This document shows, one piece after another, positions 57,291-64,000 of a DNA stretch of 64,000 nucleotides (positions are counted from its first letter, which is position 1; every line of letters starts with the position of its first letter). The notes beneath the pieces were generated by a model that worked only from the letters and a program-made list of their open reading frames with translations, was not told where the DNA came from and ran no database searches. The position numbers were made by a program, and so were the translations under genes. The stretch spans positions 1,408,001 through 1,472,000 of the forward strand of contig OY969696.1 in assembly GCA_963702005.1 (NCBI GenBank), written 5' to 3'. The DNA comes from Candidatus Aminicenantes bacterium. Its GTDB lineage: Bacteria > Acidobacteriota > Aminicenantia > Aminicenantales > JAFGBC01.

Positions 57291-58691
57291 ATGATTAAAT
57301 TCGGAACCTCCGGATGGCGGGCCATCATGGGGGAAGAATTCACTTTCCACAACGTCCGAATCGTCGTCCAAGCCGTCGCTGATCACCTCAAGAAAACCTT
57401 CGCGGACGGCCCCGTTTCCGTCGTAGTCAACTATGACACCCGGTTTCTTTCCGAAAAATACGCCTCCGAGGCCGCCCGGATCCTGTCCTTGAACCGGATT
57501 CATGTCTATCTGGCCGACCGAGATGCCCCCTCCCAGGCTCAGTCTTTCCAGATCCTGCGCAGGAAAGCCCAGGGAGGGATCAATTTCACCGCCTCCTTCA
57601 ACCCCCCCGAGTACAACGGGCTCAAATTCAACGTCGAGACGGGCGCGCCGGCACTCCCCGAGGTGACCAACCGGATCGAAAAGGCGGTTCGGGCCCTTCA
57701 GGTTCGATACACTCCCCCGGCCGTCTATCCGCAGGAAGAGTTCATCGAGAAAATCGACCTCCAGGCCGACTACTTGGCCTTCATCCAGAAAAAGGTCGAT
57801 TTCGACCTCATCCGCGGGGCCCGTCTCAAGATCGGTGTCGACCTCCTCTACGGCACGAGCCGGGAATATTTAGACGGAATCCTGGAGGACAACGGGATCC
57901 CGATCGAGGAAATCCACGGCTACGTCGATCCTTATTTCGGCGGGGTCATTCCTTCCTGCACCGAAGAGAACCTCCGCGAGCTGAGGACGCTCCTTAAAGC
58001 CAAAAAGTGCCAGCTCGGGATCGCAACCGACGCGGACGGCGACAGATTCGGCATCCTGGATCACAAGGGGAGCCTTGTCGAACACAATATTATTATTTCC
58101 CTGCTCCTCGATTACCTGGTTCGGGTCAAGGGGCTGAGGGGCGGCTTGGCCCGGTCCGTAGCCACGACGCACCTTGTCGACCGGATCGCGCGGGCTTATA
58201 ACCTCCCTCTATTCAAGACCCCGGTCGGCTTTAAATATCTGGCCGATCTGTTCCTCCGCCAGGAGATCATCTTCGGCGGCGAAGAGAGCGCCTGCATGGC
58301 CATCAAGGGGCACCTCCCCGAAAAAGACGGCATCTTTGCGGGCCTCCTCGTCGCCGAGATGGTCGCCGCCTCCGGGAAAAGCCTTGTCGAGCTCCAGGAA
58401 GATCTCTTTGCCAGGTACGGCCGGCGCGAGGGAGGGCAGAAGAACGTCGGTCTGACCCCGGAGCGGGGGCGCAATCTCCGAAAGCTCATCAAGAACCCGC
58501 CGGCCCGCCTCGACGGTCGCCGCGTCATCGGCGTCGAAACGCTCGACGGACTCAAGCTGGACTTCGACAACGACGACTGGCTTCTTCTCCGTTCTTCAGG
58601 CACGGAACCGCTCATTCGCTGCTACGCCGAGGCGGATTCCCGCAAGGAGATGGAGAGGCTCATGAAGCGCGGGCTGGAGAAGTTGGCATGA
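57291..58691 (+). CDS. Phosphoglucomutase/phosphomannomutase family protein (TASFNP variant)
   Basis: FGTSG.R, DADGDR, GEES, RSSGTEP; upstream TTGCAT-17 nt-TAATGT promoter. Confidence 0.9.
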   Translation: MIKFGTSGWRAIMGEEFTFHNVRIVVQAVADHLKKTFADGPVSVVVNYDTRFLSEKYASEAARILSLNRIHVYLADRDAPSQAQSFQILRRKAQGGINFTASFNPPEYNGLKFNVETGAPALPEVTNRIEKAVRALQVRYTPPAVYPQEEFIEKIDLQADYLAFIQKKVDFDLIRGARLKIGVDLLYGTSREYLDGILEDNGIPIEEIHGYVDPYFGGVIPSCTEENLRELRTLLKAKKCQLGIATDADGDRFGILDHKGSLVEHNIIISLLLDYLVRVKGLRGGLARSVATTHLVDRIARAYNLPLFKTPVGFKYLADLFLRQEIIFGGEESACMAIKGHLPEKDGIFAGLLVAEMVAASGKSLVELQEDLFARYGRREGGQKNVGLTPERGRNLRKLIKNPPARLDGRRVIGVETLDGLKLDFDNDDWLLLRSSGTEPLIRCYAEADSRKEMERLMKRGLEKLA

Positions 58692-59005
58692 ATGAGGGGC
58701 GGCGGCGGGGGCGCGTCGGCTGGCGGAAGAAGCTCGTCGTCGGCGCAGGCGTCTTTGTCTTCCTAACCCTCCTGATCACTTCGATTTTTGGGCGGAAGGG
58801 GCTTCTTGAGATGAACCGCGCTAAAAAGGACTATCAGGACAAGGTCGAGCAGGTCCGGCGGCTCGAAAGGGACAGGGAGCGTCTCGTCCGCCAAATCCGG
58901 GAGCTCGAGCGGAATCCCAAAGCGGTCGAGCCCGAGGCCAGGGAAAGAATTTGGCTGGTCAAACCCGACGAGAAAGTCATTGTCAAGAAGGCCGAGGCCC
59001 ATTAG
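58688..59005 (+). CDS. ftsB: Septum formation initiator FtsB/DivIC
   Basis: TM, G..G, coiled coil, E..ARE...LVKPDE. Confidence 0.85.
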   Translation: MNEGRRRGRVGWRKKLVVGAGVFVFLTLLITSIFGRKGLLEMNRAKKDYQDKVEQVRRLERDRERLVRQIRELERNPKAVEPEARERIWLVKPDEKVIVKKAEAH

Positions 59006-59070
59006 TGGCCTTGTGCTTCCCCCTCTCTTCTTTGAAGTCGGCCCGATCGCCTTCAGCCGACGAGCTTCGT

Positions 59071-60783
59071 CTATTCGACGGCGAGGGCGGTGGGCATCAA
59101 AGCCCAGATCCGTTCGTTCTCGAGGAGACGGAAGAGAGCTAACCCTTTTTTGAGCTTGGGATCCAGGGGCAAGTTGGCGTCGGCATCGGCTCGTCCCCAG
59201 AAGACGCTCCAGAACGAACGCTTTTTAGGCCAGACGGCCAGCCTGACCTCCCGGTCGGTCGGGATTCCGGCCAACTCCTTGGCCATCCGGAGGGCGACTT
59301 GAATCCCTCCGACCTCGTCGACAAGCTTCCGCTCCTTGGCTTGACGGCCCGTCCAGACCCGGCCCCGGCCCAGGGCGTTGACCTGGTCCTTGGTCAATTG
59401 CCGGCCTTCGGCCGCCTTGGCCAGGAACCGGTCGTAGATCCAGAGGATTTGGCTCTTGAGGAGGGCGTGCTCCTGGTCGGTCAGGCTGCGGAAGGAGGTA
59501 AAGATGTCGGCTTCCTTGCCGAAGGTCAGTTTCTCGTTCGTGATGCCGAGCTTCTCATAGAGGCCGGACATGTCGAATTTCCCGCTCAGGACGCCTATCG
59601 AGCCGGTCAGAGTCTGGGGCTGGGCGACGATTTTGTGGGCGGCCATGGCGATCCAGTATCCGCCCGAGCCGGCGACATCCGACATCGAAACGACGAAGGG
59701 CTTGACCTTGCGGGTTAGGTAGACTTCGCGCCAAATGACGTCCGAGGCGACGGCCGAGCCGCCCGGGCTGTCGATCCGCATGACGACGGCCGCGATCGAA
59801 TCGTCCTCGCGGGCCGTTTTGATCCAGCGGGCGAGTGTCGCAGACCCGATGCTCTGGGAAAGGCTTTCCCCGGGCAGGATGGGGCCGACCGCGTAGATAA
59901 GGGCGATTCTTTTCCCGGGGAAGAGATTCGCGGGAGACACGGAGACGCGGCTGTAGTCCTCGAGGCTGATTCTATGCTCGCTCCGGCTTTGCTTGCCGAG
60001 CCTATCCAGCAGCTCGTCCTCGTAGAGAACCTGGTCGACCAGGCCGGCCGCGAGGGCTTGTTCGCCCTGGAAAAAGCCCTTGTCGATGAGGGCCCTGATA
60101 TCGGCCTCGGTCTTGTTCCTGGCTTGAGCGACGGCCCTGACGTACTCATCGAAGATATCCCCGTATAAGGACTCCATCATTTCCTTGTGGGCCGGCGTGA
60201 AGCCTTCTTCGGTGAACTGGTTGTAAGCCGTCTTGTATTCCTCGACATGCTCGAATTCGGCCCGGATCCCGAGCTTGGCCAGGCTCTTCTTCATGAAGGG
60301 GACATAGCCGCCGATGCCGTTGATCCCCAGCATCCCCAGGGGATGGAGGATGATTTCATCGCAGCCGGTCGCCAAATAATATTCCTTGTCGAAATCCATC
60401 CCTTCCTCGATGTAGGCGTAGGCCTTTTTACCCGACTTCCGGAAGTCGAGGACGGCGTCGCGGATCTCGCTGGTTTTGGCCCAATCGCAAACGAGGACAT
60501 TCAGCCGGAGAAGGAGACAGCCGATACGGCCGTCCGTTTTGGCCTTGCGGATGTTCGTCCACAGATCGTGGAGGGAGACGGGACGGACGCCTAAAAACAG
60601 GCTGGTGAAAAAGTCGGGGGTGGAGATTTCCACGACCTGGCCGGACAGACTGATCTCCAGATAGGAATCGCTCTTGACCGTGACGGGACGCTTGAACTCC
60701 CAGACGAAGAAGGAGACGGCGGCGGCGACGATCAGGGCCAGAAAGACGAGGAAGATAATCAGGACGTAGGTACCGCGCTTCAT
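59071..60783 (-). CDS. sppA: Signal peptide peptidase SppA (long type)
   Basis: YYLA, YKTA, RIDSPGGS, SGGYW, TGSIGV, GRVWTG. Confidence 0.94.
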   Translation of the reverse strand: MKRGTYVLIIFLVFLALIVAAAVSFFVWEFKRPVTVKSDSYLEISLSGQVVEISTPDFFTSLFLGVRPVSLHDLWTNIRKAKTDGRIGCLLLRLNVLVCDWAKTSEIRDAVLDFRKSGKKAYAYIEEGMDFDKEYYLATGCDEIILHPLGMLGINGIGGYVPFMKKSLAKLGIRAEFEHVEEYKTAYNQFTEEGFTPAHKEMMESLYGDIFDEYVRAVAQARNKTEADIRALIDKGFFQGEQALAAGLVDQVLYEDELLDRLGKQSRSEHRISLEDYSRVSVSPANLFPGKRIALIYAVGPILPGESLSQSIGSATLARWIKTAREDDSIAAVVMRIDSPGGSAVASDVIWREVYLTRKVKPFVVSMSDVAGSGGYWIAMAAHKIVAQPQTLTGSIGVLSGKFDMSGLYEKLGITNEKLTFGKEADIFTSFRSLTDQEHALLKSQILWIYDRFLAKAAEGRQLTKDQVNALGRGRVWTGRQAKERKLVDEVGGIQVALRMAKELAGIPTDREVRLAVWPKKRSFWSVFWGRADADANLPLDPKLKKGLALFRLLENERIWALMPTALAVE

Positions 60784-60963
60784 GGGACCTCCTCTTTCAT
60801 CTACGGCCCGCTCCGGGTCGGGTTTAGCTTCCACTATAGCAAAATTCGGTCTCCCGGGAAACGGCCCGCCTCGGACCGGCGGGACTCCCTTAAACTCGCT
60901 TTCAGAAAATCCGTATTATGACTATAATCGTGGTCGCCGGTGACCGCGAACGAGGTGAAAAGG

Positions 60964-61884
60964 ATGTATGCGCTCGAAATCGAAAATGTTACCAAGCGGT
61001 TCGGCGAATTCTACGCCGTCCGTAACCTGTCCTTCCGAATCCCCCGGGGGACCATCTACGGGCTTCTCGGGCCGAACGGCGCGGGAAAGACGACGACTAT
61101 CCGGATGGTCATGAACATCATCATCCCCGACGAGGGGGGGATCAAGGTCCTGGACCGCCGGATGGATGAGGCCATGAAAGCCCGGGTCGGGTACCTTCCC
61201 GAGGACCGGGGTCTCTACCCCAAAATGAAGGTCGGGGAGATGATGCTGTTTCTGGCCGAGATCAAAGGGATGGCCGGGGACAAGGCCAAGCCGGCCATCG
61301 ACCGCTGGCTGAAGCGGCTCGAGCTCAGCGACTGGCGGGGCAAAAAAGTCGAGGCCCTTTCGAAGGGGATGCAGCAGAAGATCCAGTTCATCGTCACCGT
61401 CCTTCACGAACCGGACCTGATCATCCTCGACGAACCGTTCGCGGGCCTGGATCCGGTCAATGTCAAGCTCATCAAGGACATCATGCTCGAGTTCAAGGAC
61501 AAGGGCAAAACGATCATTTTCTCGACTCATCGCATGGAGCAGGTCGAAATGATCTGCGACAACATCTGCCTCATCAACAAGGCCCGGATGGTCCTCGAGG
61601 GGAGCCTCCAGGAGATCAAGAAGAGATACGGTAAGAACACCGTCGTCCTCGATTATGAGGGGGAGGGCGACTTCGTCAAGGGCCTGCCCGAGGTCGCCAA
61701 GGTCGACGACTACGGGCGGTCCATGGAGATCAAACTCCGGGACAGGGCCGACCCCCAAACCCTGCTGCGGAGCCTGGTCGGGCGGGTCCGGGTCAACCGC
61801 TTCGAGATCCAGGAGCCCTCCCTCAATTCCATCTTCATCGACAACGTCGGAGCCGAGCATGAGAAAGATCTTATCGGTCATTAA
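60964..61884 (+). CDS. ABC transporter ATP-binding protein (NatA/YhaQ-like)
   Basis: GPNGAGKTT, LSKGMQQ, LDEPF.GLDP, EPSL..IF. Confidence 0.92.
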   Translation: MYALEIENVTKRFGEFYAVRNLSFRIPRGTIYGLLGPNGAGKTTTIRMVMNIIIPDEGGIKVLDRRMDEAMKARVGYLPEDRGLYPKMKVGEMMLFLAEIKGMAGDKAKPAIDRWLKRLELSDWRGKKVEALSKGMQQKIQFIVTVLHEPDLIILDEPFAGLDPVNVKLIKDIMLEFKDKGKTIIFSTHRMEQVEMICDNICLINKARMVLEGSLQEIKKRYGKNTVVLDYEGEGDFVKGLPEVAKVDDYGRSMEIKLRDRADPQTLLRSLVGRVRVNRFEIQEPSLNSIFIDNVGAEHEKDLIGH

Positions 61885-63133
61885 GCGGGAATACCTCCAG
61901 ATCGTCCGGACCAAGGGGTTCATCATCGGGACCGTTCTCGGGCCGATCGCCATGGCCGCCCTGATCTTCATCCCGATGCTGATCGCGATGGCCTCCGGGG
62001 GGGAGAAGAAGACGATCGCCGTCATCGACACGACGGGCGAGATCTTTGCCGACCTCGACCAGAAGCTCGACTACAAGATGAGCGACGGGAGCCGCCGTTA
62101 CGCCTTGAGCGAAGCCGCGCCCGGCCCGGATGTCGCGGGCCAGCGCAACGGCCTCGGCCAGAAGGTGCTGGCCAAGAAGCTCTCCGCCTATATTTTCGTC
62201 CCGGCCGACATCCTGACCGGCGGCACGGCCGAATATGCCGCCCTCAACGTCTCCGACTTCGACGAGGTCAAGCGGATCAACGAGGCCCTGAACGCGGTCG
62301 TCATCGAGAAACGCCTCAAGAAGGAGGGCCTCGACCCGGCCAAAGTCGCCCAGTACACCCAGCGCGTCGGGCTCAAGACGATCAAAGTCACCGAGCGGGG
62401 CGAGCAGGAGGACGTCGGCGGAACGTTCGTCATCGCTTACGTCCTGGTCCTGATCCTGTACATGACCCTCTTCTTTTACGGCTCGATCATCATGCGGGGG
62501 GTGATCGAGGAGAAAAGCAACCGGGTCGTCGAGGTCGTCCTGAGCTCCCTCCGCCCCTTCGAGCTCATGGCCGGCAAGATCCTGGGCATCGCGGCCGTCG
62601 GGTTCACCCAATACACCATCTGGGCCCTGTTCGGATTCCTGGCCAGCCGCTACGGAGGGATGCTCGCGGCCGGAGCCGTGCCCGGCGCCTCCGGGTTCAA
62701 GATGGCGACCATCCCGCCCTATGTTTTCATCTACTTCGTCGTCTTTTTCATCCTCGGCTATTTTCTGTACAGCGTCCTGTTTGCGACCGTCGGTTCCCTG
62801 GTCAACTCCGAAAAGGAAGCCCAGCAGCTTCTGTTCCCGATCTCCATGCTCCTGGTCGTTCCGATGCTCATGATGATGATGATCCTCAAGAGCCCCAGCG
62901 GCTCGACCTCGGTCGTCCTGTCCCTGATTCCCTTCTTCGCGCCCATTCTGATGCTGATGAGGATCTGCGTCCTGCTGCCGCCCTTTTCCCAGATCGCGGC
63001 CTCGATCGGCCTCCTCGTCCTGACGATCGTCGTCCTGATCTGGATCGCCGCCAAGATCTACCGGGTCGGGATCCTCATGTACGGAAAGCGGCCCAGCCTC
63101 CGCGAAATCGCCAAGTGGATCCGGTACAAATAG
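61859..63133 (+). CDS. ABC-2 permease (NatB/YhaP-like)
   Basis: REY...VRTK.F, EEK.NRVVEV.LSS, GKILG, IYR.GILMYG. Confidence 0.9.
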   Translation: MRKILSVIKREYLQIVRTKGFIIGTVLGPIAMAALIFIPMLIAMASGGEKKTIAVIDTTGEIFADLDQKLDYKMSDGSRRYALSEAAPGPDVAGQRNGLGQKVLAKKLSAYIFVPADILTGGTAEYAALNVSDFDEVKRINEALNAVVIEKRLKKEGLDPAKVAQYTQRVGLKTIKVTERGEQEDVGGTFVIAYVLVLILYMTLFFYGSIIMRGVIEEKSNRVVEVVLSSLRPFELMAGKILGIAAVGFTQYTIWALFGFLASRYGGMLAAGAVPGASGFKMATIPPYVFIYFVVFFILGYFLYSVLFATVGSLVNSEKEAQQLLFPISMLLVVPMLMMMMILKSPSGSTSVVLSLIPFFAPILMLMRICVLLPPFSQIAASIGLLVLTIVVLIWIAAKIYRVGILMYGKRPSLREIAKWIRYK

Positions 63134-63242
63134 CCCTTGATTTCCCGAAATCCTTGTGACAGAATGAATTGATTTTCGGCCGTCGTGCGTCGCGCCGGCG
63201 AAGGGGCCGGCCGCGGCCGGAGGGTCAAGGAGGTTTTGTCTG

Positions 63243-63533
63243 ATGTCTTTCAAGAAGCTTTATGTGGGCAACCTCAACTACAAAACAAACGACGAGAGGT
63301 TGAAGGAATTGTTCTCCCAGTTCGGAGAGGTGACCTCGGTCAACATTCTCCAGGGACGAGGATTCGGGTTCGTCGAGATGAACACCCCCGAAGCGGCCCA
63401 GGAAGCCTTGGGCAAGCTCAACGGCAGCGAGTTCGACGGACGCCGAATCATAGTCAACGAGGCCAAGCCCAGGGCCGAAAAGGGAGGCGATGGACGCATG
63501 GGCGGCGGGGACAGGCCCTTCCGCAAGTTCTGA
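63243..63533 (+). CDS. RRM RNA-binding protein
   Basis: LYVGNL (RNP2), RGFGFVEM (RNP1), Gly/Arg tail; AGGAGG SD. Confidence 0.95.
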   Translation: MSFKKLYVGNLNYKTNDERLKELFSQFGEVTSVNILQGRGFGFVEMNTPEAAQEALGKLNGSEFDGRRIIVNEAKPRAEKGGDGRMGGGDRPFRKF

Positions 63534-63681
63534 ATAGACCAAACGGTTTTTCCCTTATTCCAGCATCCCCGGCTCGGGGTGGAGAGCGCCTTCCCGGGGC
63601 GCTGTCTGCCTTTTTTAAGGGTATGAACCTTTTTTCGGGCCGGAACGTAGGGACTTGTGAAAGCCTAAAACGAGGTCAACG

Positions 63682-64000
63682 ATGAGAATGAATCGCACGG
63701 CTCTCACGGTCGGAGGCCCGATCCTCCTCTCGCTCGCGCTTGCCGGCTGCGTCGGGGTCCGGATCGACCGGGACGTGGCCGATCCCGACGCCGCCTTCGC
63801 CCGGGCTGAAGGCCAGATCGGGGCGCTCGAATCCAGTCATCCCGGTCGGGCCGGCCATGCCCACAGGCTGTACTTAATGGCCTACGACGGCGACGATAGA
63901 GAGCTGGTCCGAATCTCCGTGCCGCTCTGGATCGTCGACGTCTGCTTGGACTTGGCCGAGGGCTCCGACCACGCGGACAAGGTTCATCGGCTCGAGGACC
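63682..64000 (+). CDS. Hypothetical lipoprotein (runs off the window end)
   Basis: GAGG SD; MRMNRTALTVGGPILLSLALAGC lipobox; frame open to the end. Confidence 0.7.
   Translation, partial: MRMNRTALTVGGPILLSLALAGCVGVRIDRDVADPDAAFARAEGQIGALESSHPGRAGHAHRLYLMAYDGDDRELVRISVPLWIVDVCLDLAEGSDHADKVHRLED

Noticed and set aside
2924-62031. Many long antisense or alternate-frame ORFs (e.g. 2924-5008, 9499-10956, 23911-25788, 27376-29604, 40673-42760)
   Set aside because: They shadow well-identified genes. High GC3 codon bias suppresses stops on the opposite strand, and they show no recognisable motifs.

Overview
A high-GC, mostly core-genome stretch from an anaerobic diderm bacterium. Gene content suggests the Acidobacteriota/Ca. 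Aminicenantes neighbourhood, but that is inference only. In order it carries: a TCA module (FAD fumarate reductase/SDH-like flavoprotein, four-subunit 2-oxoacid:ferredoxin oxidoreductase, class I fumarase) plus an aldehyde:ferredoxin oxidoreductase; an ECF sigma/anti-sigma trio; an hslVU-FN3 lipoprotein-FAH-fsa-tamB-Omp85-SurA-like-fabD operon, with tamB frameshifted at a G7 run; pgsA; a low-GC islet encoding a GT-C-like membrane protein; mutS; a REP/BIME-like repeat cluster; a very acidic small protein divergent from clpB; a five-gene operon (serine palmitoyltransferase-like, FadL, galU, APC permease, B12 radical SAM) that may make a sphingolipid; a serine hydrolase; tRNA-Phe; GT4; a DUF465-asd-like-msbA-yicC-gmk-coaBC-UDG-priA operon; coaD-pilMNOPQ followed by two uncharacterised lipoproteins, one with four Ig-like repeats; pcm, pgm, ftsB, sppA, an ABC-2 pair and an RRM protein. 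No CRISPR array, rRNA, integrase or transposase was seen. The best leads are the putative sphingolipid operon, a PriA that has lost its helicase motifs and carries a clamp-binding-like motif, the PilQ-linked lipoproteins, the LptM-like FN3 lipoprotein in the TAM/BAM operon, and the dispersed palindromic repeat. All family assignments are by eye from motifs; no database searches were run.
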